Positions 26,184 through 37,600 of a stretch of DNA of 64,000 nucleotides are shown here, in pieces. Numbering within the stretch: position 1 is the first letter of the stretch; each line of letters starts with the position of its first letter. The stretch is from Thermoproteota archaeon. GTDB taxonomy: Archaea; Thermoproteota; Thermoprotei; Gearchaeales; Gearchaeaceae. The notes under the pieces were generated by a model, which saw only the letters and a list, made by a program, of their open reading frames with translations, ran no database searches and was not told the DNA's origin. Where the stretch lies: the NCBI GenBank assembly GCA_032249235.1, contig JAVVGF010000001.1:152399-216398 (forward strand), read 5' to 3'. The position numbers and the translations under genes are program-made.

Positions 26184-27590
26184 TCAGAATATCCCTCCTT
26201 CTGTCATTCTTTTCAGATCTAGTACTTTATCTACTTCTTCTTCGCTCAAAATTCCCTCTTCTATCAATATTTCCCTTATTGTTTTACCAGTAGCCATTGC
26301 TTTCTTTGCTATCATAGCAGCCGTATCATAACCTACTCTAGGAGCAATTGCTGTTACAACCATTAAGCTACTTTCAGCATATCTTTTGCATCTCTCAACA
26401 TTCGCCTTTATTCCTTTTATACACTTTTCAGCAAATTCTCTACATGCATTAGAAGCTAACTTGATTTCTTCTATGATAGTGAAACCTATAAGAGGCATCA
26501 TCATATGCAATTCTAAAAAGCTGTATTGAGCAGCATTCGCTATCGTTGCATCATCTCCTATAATTTTAACTGCAGCCATAGTTACTGCTTCAGGTATTAC
26601 TGGATTTACTTTAGCAGGCATAATGCTAGAGCCAGGTTGTAGAGCAGGTAATTCTATTTCAGCAAAGCCTGTATTAGGACCTGAATTTAAAAGTCTTAGA
26701 TCATTTCCTATTTTTAATATCGATGTAGCTAAAGATCTTAGTGCAGAACTCAAGGTTAAAACAGCATTCATGCTTTGAAGTGCCTCAAATTTATTTCGAG
26801 CTGGAATAAAATCTAAACCTGTGAAAGCATTGATTTCAGCAATAGCTAGCTTTGCGAATTCAGGATGAGCATTCAATCCTGTTCCTGCAGCTGTACCACC
26901 TAGCGCAAGTTCTCTTAATCTTTCAGATGCTTTTATAATTTCTTGCAAATCATGTTCTATCATACTTGCATATGCACTAAAGTTTTGACCCAAGGTTACT
27001 GGAACAGCATCTTGTAAATGAGTTCTAGCAGCTCTTATTACGTCTTTGAATTCTATTGTTTTTTCTTCAAGTGCTCGCTTTAATTTTTCAATTGAAGGAA
27101 TTAAGTTATTTCTAACCAATTCAAGACTCGCTATATGTATCGTTGTGGGTATTACATCGTTTGTAGATTGACATTTATTAACATGATCATTCGGATGTAC
27201 AGGCTTCTTATCTCCTCTTTTTCCTCCTAACAATTCATTAGCTCTACTTGCAATTACTTCGTTTGCATTCATGTTTGTTGAAGTTCCTGAACCTGTTTGA
27301 AATACATCTACGATGAACTGATCATCGAGCTTTCCTTCAATTACTTCTAAAGCTGCTTTTTCAATTGCCTCAGCTAACTTTGCATCCAGTAAACCTAATT
27401 TCTTATTTGCTCTTGCTGCTGCAAGCTTAACTATTCCGAGCGCTCTTATAAATTCTCTTTGAAATCTGTAGTTAGAGAATTTGAAGTTTTCATGTGCACG
27501 CATTGTATGTATTCCATAATATGCATCGCTAGGTATCTTCACTTCTCCAAGAAAATCCTTCTCAATCCTATAACTTTCCATATTATTCAA
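26184..27590 (-). CDS. class II fumarate hydratase / aspartate ammonia-lyase family enzyme
   Basis: 468 aa with the family signature GSSIMPAKVNP and an N-terminal lyase-1 region (QTGSGTSTNMNANEVIA). I cannot discriminate fumarase from aspartase from sequence alone. Confidence 0.85.
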   Translation of the reverse strand: MNNMESYRIEKDFLGEVKIPSDAYYGIHTMRAHENFKFSNYRFQREFIRALGIVKLAAARANKKLGLLDAKLAEAIEKAALEVIEGKLDDQFIVDVFQTGSGTSTNMNANEVIASRANELLGGKRGDKKPVHPNDHVNKCQSTNDVIPTTIHIASLELVRNNLIPSIEKLKRALEEKTIEFKDVIRAARTHLQDAVPVTLGQNFSAYASMIEHDLQEIIKASERLRELALGGTAAGTGLNAHPEFAKLAIAEINAFTGLDFIPARNKFEALQSMNAVLTLSSALRSLATSILKIGNDLRLLNSGPNTGFAEIELPALQPGSSIMPAKVNPVIPEAVTMAAVKIIGDDATIANAAQYSFLELHMMMPLIGFTIIEEIKLASNACREFAEKCIKGIKANVERCKRYAESSLMVVTAIAPRVGYDTAAMIAKKAMATGKTIREILIEEGILSEEEVDKVLDLKRMTEGGIF

Positions 27591-27649
27591 ATCCTATATT
27601 TATATAAAGAAGTTATCAGTAGTTTAAGGAAGAAATATCGCTGAAACTC

Positions 27650-30439
27650 TTATTCTTGTGCCCTTATTCTTACATAATAATATGCGAATAATGCAATGAA
27701 AAGTATTAGGATGATACCTACTATGATGTTAACATTTAGCGCTCCATTTCCTAATACGAGTATCGGTAGTGAAATAGTTATCTCGCTACTCGTTGTCTCA
27801 TCTACATTAATTGGTATTTTATATTCATAATTCCCTATTTTTATCACCAAATTATAGATTCCCTTTGGTATGTCATGGAAATAGAAGTAATTGTTTGCCA
27901 ATTCAGAACTTGAGGTTAAATTACCTATAAGCATAACATTTGCGCTATCAATCGTGTTTCCAAATAAATCAGTGATTTTAACTTTTAAATCGAATACATA
28001 TGTTCTGAAAATGAAAGTATTATTGAAGGAAGTCACTATGAAGTCTTGCATAAGCACATTAACTTTTTTATAATAGATCATCGCTGTGAAATTACCTATA
28101 TATCCATCCCAAGATGCTTTCCCTGAAGATATTGTAACGTTAGCTAGCATATTCCCTTTCTTGTCATATATGATAAGATAACCTTCGTTCAAATTATCCT
28201 TGTTCCAATTCAATATGGAGAATTGGACTGGCGAGTATATCTTGATCTCAAATCTAGTAAGATTGTATTCAAACTCTAAGCCGTTTAAAGTAAAATTAGC
28301 TATTATTTGGCCCATGTTAGGGGATATTGGCGAAATTGCTCGAACTTTATAAACTAACGAAATTGTATTATCTGGACTTAACACATCCACTACAAGTTTA
28401 TTGTTTCCTTGAGTAATATTCCAACCTTTAGCTAAAATATCTTGAATTGTTAAGTTATATATGGCGCTTTCTCCTTTATTCGTGATTTCTATTTTAACTT
28501 CTACGTCTTGATTTGGTTTGACAATCGTCGAGTTAATACTTTTATTTATGATTAGTGCGGATGTAAAAACTAAAGGATCCATTATTATTTTTTTGGTTAA
28601 AGGTAGTGTCTTTTGATATAATGGAATTACGAAAGAATTATAGGAAGTTATGTTAATTCTCAAAAATACATCGCTACTATATCCCCTTGTAACGGTATAT
28701 ACCGTTGTGACCGAATCTCCTTGAAGAGAGAAACTATCAGCTCCTGCGTATGTTAGATTTTGAGTCTTCAGGATATCAATTGGAATATAGAGGGCTGAGG
28801 ATCTGGATAAACCTAAAGCAGTCATTGTCCATTTTAAGCCAGTTATGCCTAAATTAAAATTATTCGAAAATATATTAGCTTTAATAGTTAGATAATTAAC
28901 GAATGAGAATAAACTTCCTATCGTTGCTAAAGAAGAGCTAGGAATATTAACATTGAAAGTTTTCGTCCCGTTATCGTAGCTTAGGGTTGTATTATAGAAA
29001 ACATCAGCTCCAATGGGAATTTTGCTATATTGGGAAGGCTGTATTGTAATAGGGAAAGTTAAGTTTCCTTTTACTGCTAAGTCTGGTATCTTAGCATCGA
29101 GATAATCAAATTTTAAATGAACATTTGTAGCATTGGAATTTCCTGTATTTAGGATTACAACGTATATATCAGTACCAGTTGAAAGCAAATCCGGCCATTG
29201 ACTAGAGGATGGTTTGAGATAAAAACTCAGCGCTGCAAATTTTTTCACATTAACACCTATTAAGAATGTATTACCAATTGTCGTAAAGTTGGTTGAACCA
29301 TAGTTGTATGTAGCAATAGGTGCGCTTATTTCATATGTTCCCGGATCGACAGAGCCTACTATTTTTACATCTACTGATTTCTCTTGAATTGATGTGCTAA
29401 CATTTTTAAAAATCAGCGTATCGTTTGGAGCATTAAGCCATTGAGGAAGCTTAAAATTAACTTTTACTTCTGTAACATTAAAGCTTCCTAAATTGAATAC
29501 AGAAATCAATAGTTTAGAAGTGGAATTGAAGACTGCTGGATCAAATCTTTGCGCTATTATTATGAAAGGATCAAGCTTGCTAGCTGTGATGGTTACTTTA
29601 CCCAACTTATTATTGTTTGATATAATGAACTTAGCTTGAGAAATCCAATGCGTATTATAACCAACATTCCATTTCAGATCTAAGGTTGAGTTTATCGCAT
29701 TTATACCAAATAGGTAAAAGTTAATTTCAGAATAAGAACTGAAATCGGATCTAGTTAAGTTTTCTAGATATCTTGTGTAATCAATTTTGAAGGTTTTGCT
29801 TGTTTTAATTTCGGGAGATGTTGTTAAAGAAGATGTGAACAGCAAATATAGTTTTCTTAATCCAGACTTATCAAATTGGTAAACTAAACCATTTGGTTGC
29901 ATTAGTTGAGTTAAATTATATAGGCCCCCAGCGCTGTAATGAATAGCGCTTAAAATCCTTTTAATATAATAAGTATAATTACCTCCTCCAATAAGCGATA
30001 TATAATTTGAAGTTTTATTCAATAATATTAATCTAGCTCTTAGTAAATCTTGAGATTTATTAATTAAAAGTGTTAAATTTATATTTGAGATTTTATCTGA
30101 ATAGAATTTTAATAGGATACCTTTTTCGATTAATGAATCAGAATTATATAATGGATTATATTGGCTTAAAAACCATCTTAATGTCCTTTCAGTTTGATTT
30201 ATATTAAAAATAATTATTGTGTAATTATTAATATAATTTAAAATATCATTTAATTTTAGAATATCTGTGTTATTGTAATAAGTTATGTTGAGGAGAAAAA
30301 CAGTCTCATTATATAGATGGTAAATATTTAATGATTCTTTTAAGTTTGTTTCTGTAGCCATAACAGTTTTCAGACCAGTACTTTGCATATTAAACGCAGC
30401 TAAGACTAAAAGCGTCAAGAGAGCAATACCTTTGAGCAT
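27650..30439 (-). CDS. large secreted, C-terminally TM-anchored surface glycoprotein candidate (sequon-rich; contains DUF11/CARDB-like beta-sandwich segment)
   Basis: 929 aa. It has an N-terminal signal peptide (MLKGIALLTLLVLAAFN), dozens of N-x-S/T sequons, a segment VEVKIEITNKGESAIYNLTI resembling archaeal conserved-repeat (DUF11-like) domains, and a C-terminal TM anchor IIVGIILILFIALFAYYYVRIRAQE. Confidence 0.65.
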   Translation of the reverse strand: MLKGIALLTLLVLAAFNMQSTGLKTVMATETNLKESLNIYHLYNETVFLLNITYYNNTDILKLNDILNYINNYTIIIFNINQTERTLRWFLSQYNPLYNSDSLIEKGILLKFYSDKISNINLTLLINKSQDLLRARLILLNKTSNYISLIGGGNYTYYIKRILSAIHYSAGGLYNLTQLMQPNGLVYQFDKSGLRKLYLLFTSSLTTSPEIKTSKTFKIDYTRYLENLTRSDFSSYSEINFYLFGINAINSTLDLKWNVGYNTHWISQAKFIISNNNKLGKVTITASKLDPFIIIAQRFDPAVFNSTSKLLISVFNLGSFNVTEVKVNFKLPQWLNAPNDTLIFKNVSTSIQEKSVDVKIVGSVDPGTYEISAPIATYNYGSTNFTTIGNTFLIGVNVKKFAALSFYLKPSSSQWPDLLSTGTDIYVVILNTGNSNATNVHLKFDYLDAKIPDLAVKGNLTFPITIQPSQYSKIPIGADVFYNTTLSYDNGTKTFNVNIPSSSLATIGSLFSFVNYLTIKANIFSNNFNLGITGLKWTMTALGLSRSSALYIPIDILKTQNLTYAGADSFSLQGDSVTTVYTVTRGYSSDVFLRINITSYNSFVIPLYQKTLPLTKKIIMDPLVFTSALIINKSINSTIVKPNQDVEVKIEITNKGESAIYNLTIQDILAKGWNITQGNNKLVVDVLSPDNTISLVYKVRAISPISPNMGQIIANFTLNGLEFEYNLTRFEIKIYSPVQFSILNWNKDNLNEGYLIIYDKKGNMLANVTISSGKASWDGYIGNFTAMIYYKKVNVLMQDFIVTSFNNTFIFRTYVFDLKVKITDLFGNTIDSANVMLIGNLTSSSELANNYFYFHDIPKGIYNLVIKIGNYEYKIPINVDETTSSEITISLPILVLGNGALNVNIIVGIILILFIALFAYYYVRIRAQE

Positions 30440-30501
30440 TAATGAATACTCTCAGCCTTAATATTTAAGCTTAAAGGCAATATCTTTGAAGCAAAAAAGA
30501 A

Positions 30502-33500
30502 TTATCTCTTTCTTCTAAATATAAACAATATTGATATAATTATTATCAACGTTGCAACTAATATTAATAATATTATATTCAGATAATTAATTCCTGAATT
30601 CGCCTTTAAGACTATGGGTTTTTCTAGCTGGAGCTTTAACGGATTGTCACTCACATTAATGCTTCCAGCCCATCTTTTGAATTCATAAATGAACAAGCTA
30701 GGTTTTGCATTTAGCTCTAATTTCGTACCTTTAGGCAAGTATAACGTGACGCTGCTTCCTTGATCTATTGAGCCCGTCTTTGAATCATATTTATATTCTA
30801 TAATCAGGTTTTCAGAATTATTTATAGTTACAGATAAATAGAAAACTGCAATTTGAGTTATGCTACCGTTGACGGTTATCGATATTGAAGAAGAATTTCC
30901 ATTATAAGCACCACTCCAATACATGAATTTCCATCCTTCATTAGCAACAGCTTGCAAGTTTATAGTCGAGCTTGCATTATACCAACCGCTGTTTAAATTA
31001 ACACTTCCTCCTTCTTGTGGTTCAGCTTTTATCGTAACATAGTATTGATGATAATACCTAATAGTCTTAGAAATAGAACTATTCACAATTAAACTTTGAA
31101 CATCGAAAGTAATCCATCTTTCTTTATCGCCAGAATAAACAATATTATCATATCTCAAAGTAGAGTTGAAATCAGCCCAATCTTGTAATGGTAAGGTTGA
31201 ATTTGTTAAAATGCCGAATTTTGAATAAGCGACCTTAGGGGATATGCCTTCTCCTCCAATCGTATCAAGCTTTATATTTATCAAGAATTGCCTCCAATAA
31301 GCTATATTCAGTACTTTACTGCTATCAACGATAATGCTTGTTTGATTATTAGTAGCCCATCTTTCAACATTACTTATGCTCAATTCTTTAGTTATATTTA
31401 AATAGCTATTTGCATCTATGAAGCCAATGAAGGGTAATTTCGCTTCAGTTTTGTTACCAAGATATAGGTATTGCAAGGTTATATCAAGAGATTGAGTTGA
31501 ATCATTCATTACCTTATAATTAATACTAATACGGTATTGCAAATAGTATACAAAATTCAAAGTCATTGAGGAATTGATGGTAAAGCTAGTTTTAGGTGTT
31601 ATCCATCTTTGATTTTCATCCGATCCTTTTAGTAATAAAGGTATTTTCAGAACGGTATTTGCATCAATCCATTCGCTACTTGGCATTGTTTTATTCGTTA
31701 GTGCGCCGAAGCTGTAATATGTCATGTTAGGCAAATTACTATTTTGCCCCCCTACTATGTGTAGGTTAAAGTTGATGAGAAATTGGTGATAATAGTTAAT
31801 TTTTATCGTAATACTCTCACTTACTGTTCCTTTTGTTTGATCATTACTTATCCATCTTTCCTTATTGTTTGAATTAGGCAAAGGATTAATCACCTCCCAT
31901 TGAGTATTAGCATCGAGCCAATCACCGAAAGGCATCGTCTTTGAAACCTTACTACCAAATTGATAGAAGCTTGCATTAGGACTTACGAAATTACCTCCTC
32001 CAATTACATTGAATGAAAAAGTCAAGTAGAATTGATGGAAATAGAAGAATTGGTAATTGAAAGAGCTATTTACTATTCCTTGGGTATCATCCTTGGTTAT
32101 CCATCTTTCCTTATTGTTTGAATTAGGCAAAGGATTTAAGACCTTCCATATCGTGTTAGCATCAGCCCATATAGTAGTAGGTAGTTGTGCTGAAATACTT
32201 TGTCCAAACGCGATATAATCTACCATTGGCGGAGACGGGTTCGAATTGTCTGAAATTCTATAGTCAAAGCTTATTTTATATTGCTGGTAATAAACGTATC
32301 TTATTGTAATCGGCTCATTAGCAATTCCTTTGGTTTGATTATTAGTAATCCATCTCATGTTTTGCGTTGAACCGCCTAAGATTTCGGTAACGCTCCATTG
32401 TGAACCTTTATCAACCAAGTACGTTGTTGGAGTTGTAGTTAAGGTTGCTTGATTCTGTATACCATTAAAGTAATAGCTGAATATTGGGGGTTGATATCCT
32501 GAGCCAGATTTTACTGTATAGCTTAAGGTCATCGAAACATATGGTGTTGGTTGAGAGGATATTGAGAGTTTGCCTATATATGTGCTCCAATGATTGACAC
32601 CATCCATGTATTCTCCTGCGACCCAAACTTTAGTCCTGTCAGCAGGATCTACTGAAGCTCCAAAATAATCTCCATATCTATTTCTTGTCTCATAAGATTC
32701 GCCTGCTTTGATTTGAATCGGACTTAGCCAGCTATTAGTTTGACTGGTTAAAACAGCTGTCGCATTAAGGCTGGCATAATCATTGCTTGATGAATAACCA
32801 TAAACAATTACTATATTGTTATTTGAATCTAAACTTAAAGCAGGGTAGAATAAATACTTTTGAGCTATAGCTATCGTATTATCGCTTGCAACGCTACTAG
32901 TAGTGGTAGCAATGGATATTAACCTAATGCAATCTCTTTGAGTACTATCGTTTTGAGGAATACATCTTTCATGAGTTGTAAACCATAATTTATTTTGATA
33001 CCAAGTTGCATCTAAGACTCTTGCATCATCAGTGTTGATAGTTGCTAAAGTTCCTCTTTGCGGTGCATTCAAAGGGCTTGCAATATATCTTACGCTGAGA
33101 TAATATATGGATATTTGAACGTTGTTACTGCTAGGATTTCCGTCAACAACGAAATAAACAACCGTGCTAGTATCTCCTGAACCTGTGCTGACCATATAAA
33201 GAGTAGATGTGCCTCCTAAACTCTTAGCTGGATATATAGAGAAATAATTGCTATAAGTGGTAGTATATATGCTTAATGACGAATAGCCATTAATTAGCTG
33301 ATTTTTATCTAATATCCAAAGCCTTACCCAAAGATAAGAGGGATTGGAAATGGAGCAATTATCGAAAATATTTGAAGTAATCGCAACCTTATCACTACTT
33401 AAACCTAAGATTGGATAATCTGTGCATCTCCCTTGTTCATCATTTAATGAATAAATATACCAATCTCCTGTAGGGTCGCTTGTCTTTGAAACGGCTATTT

Positions 33501-33996
33501 TAACGATTCCTGCATTGAAGTCGCTTGAAATAGCGAAGAATCTTTGACTTTCAATATCGAAGAATATTCTCGGGTCTCCTACATTATCTGATGTGGGGAA
33601 ATTAAAGAACTGATAAAGAGTTTTTTGTTGTAATAAATTACCATTCTTATCGAATATCGTAATTTTCCTATTGACCATTTCAACTACGTGATTAGGACCT
33701 ACTGCTATTTGCACATCAGGAGGATAACCGTTGGATTCGCTATCTCCCTTGAAGCTGAAATCAAGATTTAATTGGCCGGCTTGTTGCGTACTCTCAGTGT
33801 TATACTGTGCAATCTGTTTAGCGTTTTCAAATTGCTTTGAATTTACAAAAGAAAAGCTGGGAATTAAAGACAGTGCGTTGAATTTTAAGTCTTGTTTAGT
33901 TGAAGTCGTAGCAGTTGTATTCGTAATATCTGAAAATGATGCAGATATGGGAATGAGTAAAACCGCGATTATTAAAACAAGCAATAGATATTTCAT
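30502..33996 (-). CDS. very large secreted, C-terminally TM-anchored surface protein with ~83-aa tandem repeats (S-layer/cell-surface protein candidate)
   Basis: 1164 aa. It has a signal peptide (MKYLLLVLIIAVLLIPISASF), a C-terminal TM segment followed by RRKR, and at least six tandem units recurring as ...NPLPNSNNKERWI(T/S)... with conserved Y.HQF/Y and ...DANT.W... positions. It is sequon-rich throughout. Confidence 0.7.
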   Translation of the reverse strand: MKYLLLVLIIAVLLIPISASFSDITNTTATTSTKQDLKFNALSLIPSFSFVNSKQFENAKQIAQYNTESTQQAGQLNLDFSFKGDSESNGYPPDVQIAVGPNHVVEMVNRKITIFDKNGNLLQQKTLYQFFNFPTSDNVGDPRIFFDIESQRFFAISSDFNAGIVKIAVSKTSDPTGDWYIYSLNDEQGRCTDYPILGLSSDKVAITSNIFDNCSISNPSYLWVRLWILDKNQLINGYSSLSIYTTTYSNYFSIYPAKSLGGTSTLYMVSTGSGDTSTVVYFVVDGNPSSNNVQISIYYLSVRYIASPLNAPQRGTLATINTDDARVLDATWYQNKLWFTTHERCIPQNDSTQRDCIRLISIATTTSSVASDNTIAIAQKYLFYPALSLDSNNNIVIVYGYSSSNDYASLNATAVLTSQTNSWLSPIQIKAGESYETRNRYGDYFGASVDPADRTKVWVAGEYMDGVNHWSTYIGKLSISSQPTPYVSMTLSYTVKSGSGYQPPIFSYYFNGIQNQATLTTTPTTYLVDKGSQWSVTEILGGSTQNMRWITNNQTKGIANEPITIRYVYYQQYKISFDYRISDNSNPSPPMVDYIAFGQSISAQLPTTIWADANTIWKVLNPLPNSNNKERWITKDDTQGIVNSSFNYQFFYFHQFYLTFSFNVIGGGNFVSPNASFYQFGSKVSKTMPFGDWLDANTQWEVINPLPNSNNKERWISNDQTKGTVSESITIKINYYHQFLINFNLHIVGGQNSNLPNMTYYSFGALTNKTMPSSEWIDANTVLKIPLLLKGSDENQRWITPKTSFTINSSMTLNFVYYLQYRISINYKVMNDSTQSLDITLQYLYLGNKTEAKLPFIGFIDANSYLNITKELSISNVERWATNNQTSIIVDSSKVLNIAYWRQFLINIKLDTIGGEGISPKVAYSKFGILTNSTLPLQDWADFNSTLRYDNIVYSGDKERWITFDVQSLIVNSSISKTIRYYHQYYVTIKAEPQEGGSVNLNSGWYNASSTINLQAVANEGWKFMYWSGAYNGNSSSISITVNGSITQIAVFYLSVTINNSENLIIEYKYDSKTGSIDQGSSVTLYLPKGTKLELNAKPSLFIYEFKRWAGSINVSDNPLKLQLEKPIVLKANSGINYLNIILLILVATLIIIISILFIFRRKR
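31848..32136. repeat. intragenic tandem repeat: identical 40-nt segments at 31848–31887 and 32097–32136 (period 249 bp = 83 codons)
   Basis: The exact string ttatccatctttccttattgtttgaattaggcaaaggatt occurs twice, 249 bp apart, inside the 1164-aa gene. On the minus strand it encodes NPLPNSNNKERWI. Confidence 0.85.
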
Positions 33997-34099
33997 GGGT
34001 AAAATAAAAAATTTCGCATTAAAAGCTTTAATTATTATGTTTCAAGGATATGAATATTTTAGATTGTAGAACTATGATCACGATTAAGATATATTTTTG

Positions 34100-34470
34100 A
34101 ACCCATAATGTGTCATACAATTGTAATAATGGCTCTCTGTCTACAAAGAAATGAAAGCCTGCCCTTTTGGGCGCGGTTGAATAGATCTAAATATTTTGAA
34201 AAAGAAAATTTTATAAGCATGGCAATAAAGTTTCTCCCCAGCTCGAAAGAGGGCCAATGGGATTGAGGGAGAAGCATTCAGCATACTTGTATTTTGTTTT
34301 GCAATGAGGGGGCCCCTTTAAAATTTCGGGACCCTAGAAAAATAAATGGGTTTCTCTGCACCACCTTCTGTCCACCAAATGAGAAATGTAGCTACGAATC
34401 GATGGTGGGAACAATGAAGCGCTTTGGAAAGAAAACACTAGACCTTTTCAAAGCTGAAGTAGGTCAGTAA
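34100..34470. ncRNA. candidate structured non-coding RNA (GC-elevated island in an AT-rich genome; identity unassigned)
   Basis: This intergenic stretch has no ORF of 60 aa or more on any strand. Its GC content is clearly higher than its surroundings. It contains self-complementary elements (gggggcccc, gggaccc), a ctc-GAAA-gag tetraloop hairpin nested within a ttctccc...gggagaa helix, and a ccacc...ggtgg pairing. Strand and exact ends are unknown. Confidence 0.25.
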
Positions 34471-34610
34471 GACAATGATTAATACAACAACAATAACAAG
34501 TTTTTCCATGCAGTATGCTATTAGCTTAGGATATATCGCAGTTATAGAGTCTTATTAGCAATTGTAATTTTCTTGCTATTCTTTAGAAGTAGGGAAGTCC
34601 ATAATTCGAT

Positions 34611-37600
34611 TTATCTTTTTATTTTTGAAGGCCACCAATTCCATTTCTTCGCTATTAGCATTATTGAAGGAACAAAGAATTGAACTATTATGAAAGAATC
34701 GAACAATACTGATAAACCTATTGCGAAGCCTATTTCGTTTAACAAAGGAAAGTTAGGTATTAATAACAACAAGAAAGTTATACCTAGAAGCAATCCTAAA
34801 ATCATAATAGTTGTTCCTGTCTTCTCTAGGGCTATCTTTATTGCATCTTCATCATTTTTCCCTTTGACTACTTCTTCTCTAACCCTTGTTAAAAGAAATA
34901 TGTCATAATCTACGCCAACACCTAGCATTGTAACAACTAGAAACAGTGGTACAGCATTTATTATTGGTAAGTTAAATAACAAATGGTATACTATGTATAG
35001 CAGAGCTAATGACCATGCTACACTTGATAAAACTGTCAATATTAACCTAATGGGTATCAACACCGAAATTAGTTGCATGAATAACAAAAATCCTATGACT
35101 GTAATTAAACTTAGAAGTACGATTGGAGTAACTTGATCTGTGACAGCCTTAGAATCGAAGGACATTTGAGTTACGCCATCTACATAAACTTTAAATTCTT
35201 CATTCGCAGGTATTACTGCTCTGATTTCTTTTAGCACTTCGATAGCGTCTAAGCTAAAAGGTTGTTTATCTATAATGACCTCTATTAAAACACCATTATT
35301 CGAAGTGCCTATAAATCTTTCTATTGAAGGTAAAAATATTTCCTTAGTGGTTTCGTTTAAAAATACTTTATTTAAATCAATTTTATCTCCAAAAGGTCTA
35401 TCGATCGTGTATACATATTTAACTTCTTTTATCTTTGAAATATTATCAGCTATTGAAGAAACATAATTTAAATAAGTAGAATTTAAATTTTCATTAATTA
35501 GAACTTTACCTTTTCCTTCTACGTATATGTATATAGGGCTTATTGAAGAACCTATGGTTGAGTAAAACAACAATGTGCCTTTTTGAACTTCACTAGGAGG
35601 CATGAGAGGAGGAACATCGAGAACAGTTGTTATATTTGATACGAATAGTAATGAAATAAGAGTTATTGCAGTAAGTAAAAGCACTATCTCATTCTTGTGC
35701 TTCAAGTTAAACTCATACACTTTTGAAAGCTTTATTTCATAACCTTTCGTTCTTTTCGGCCAAAACACTTTATCGCCTAGCGCATATAACAAAGAAGGAA
35801 AGAATAGCAAGCTAGTTATCATTGTAGACGCTACAGCAATTGCATTAGCTATTGCAGTCTCACCAAATAAAGGTACATTCATTAAAGACAATATGACATA
35901 TGAAGAGAAAACAGCTAGCGAACTTGTTATTACTCCTCTTGAGCTCCAATAAGTCACAGCCATTAAAGCTTCATTTTTATCCTTTCCTTCACTTCTCTCA
36001 AGTTGATATCTTCTAAGAAGATAAGCTGAATAATCGCTACATAACCCAAGCGTAAGAACTAATACTATTGAAGGTGAAACGAAGCTTATGTTTCTATTAA
36101 GCCAAATTCCAAGAATTATATAATTCAAAGCAAATGCGATTATAATAGCAATTGCGAAGAGCGATAAAACTATTCCGCCTGCAACAAAAGATCTAAAATA
36201 GAGCGAAACTATTAAGAAAATTATCACCAAACCTAAAGGTATAATCGTATACAAAGCATTCTCCGCTCCTATTTTTATTTCATGAGATAATAATGAAATT
36301 CCAGTAATGTAGATTTCTACATTATTAGTTTTAACATCCTTCTTAATTTTATCGAAAATATCGAGATCTTTCGCTATTTCTTGGTCGTTAGGATAGTGAT
36401 TTGAAAAGACTATTATAAGAAAAATTCCATGAGTTTCATCAATGAAGATTGATTTTATATTATCTTTAAGAATAATTGGGAAATCCTTTACATCGCTGTT
36501 AATTATTATTTCTTTAATAGTATCATTTAAATTATTATTATTATCTATGATTTTATTTAAAAATTTTATGAATGTATAATTATTAACATAAAAATATGGA
36601 TTGTAATTTATATTGTTAAGGATATTTTTTAAAACAAAAGTAGCAGTTATATTTTTAGCTATTGATTCATTAAATGTTTTTTGCTCGATTATTTCATCTA
36701 CTAATTGAACTACTGAATTTTGGTTACTTATTTCTTTAGTTATAATATCTTCTGTTATTTTGTTTATATCTGTCTTATTGACTATTAGTTCTCGAATTTT
36801 ATCAATTAAAAATTCTTTATCTATATTTGTTTGTAATTTACTTTTGAATATCTCTAGCGAGATATTCAGCAAAACGCTCTTACCGTTCCAAGTATTTAGG
36901 TTGGTGTTACCTAAAATTATCGCGATAATTTCCTTTGTCAAATTGAAGTAATTTTCAAGAAAATAAGGTGAAATTTTATCAATTATTTCTTGGGCATTTT
37001 GGTAATAATTGCCTATATTATTATATTTTATCCATTCTTGATAGAATGTATTAAAGTAGTTCAATGCTATTCCGCTTAGGTTTAATGTTAGAATGGTCAA
37101 ATTCTTTGCTTCTTCTGATCTTTTAATTGAATCGTTAATATTTAAAAATTGATAATACTTTAAAAATACTGAAGGTGGGCCGTAAATAAAATTTAATATA
37201 TTACTTATGTCATTTTCTATTTTAGTAATATTATTGACTGCTTGATCGAGAAATTTCTTAATTAAGATTGTCTGATTATATATCTTAAAGGATTCGTTAT
37301 ACAACTGATTTATTTTATCCGTATAATTAGCAACGATTTGGTATAAAAGTATTTCTGTTAATTTATAATAACTAAGAGAAAATTTGTTCATTTCTTTGTC
37401 TATTTTTTCCCTTATACTATAATCAAATAATTTAATATCATTCGAATATGGATTGTTCGATTTGATTATTATGTAATAGTTATATGAAGCTATCACGCTA
37501 AGATATTTGGCTGTATAATTTTTATGCGAAAATTCTGCGTTGATTTTATTCACTGCATTTTGGAAGTCGCTATTTGGCAAATTCACCTCAACATCATAGT

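Noticed and set aside
26182-26186. Apparent end-to-end collision of GNAT (ends 26182) and fumarase-family gene (ends 26184)
   Set aside because: These are convergent genes whose stop codons abut. This is common in compact archaeal genomes, there is no overlap of coding sequence, and nothing unusual.
34439-34510. 23-codon hydrophobic mini-ORF (MEKLVIVVVLIIVLLTYFSFEKV) on the minus strand, downstream of the MMPL gene
   Set aside because: It is too short to call from sequence alone. It lies at the edge of the GC-rich candidate ncRNA island and may be a chance ORF within a structured RNA or terminator region.
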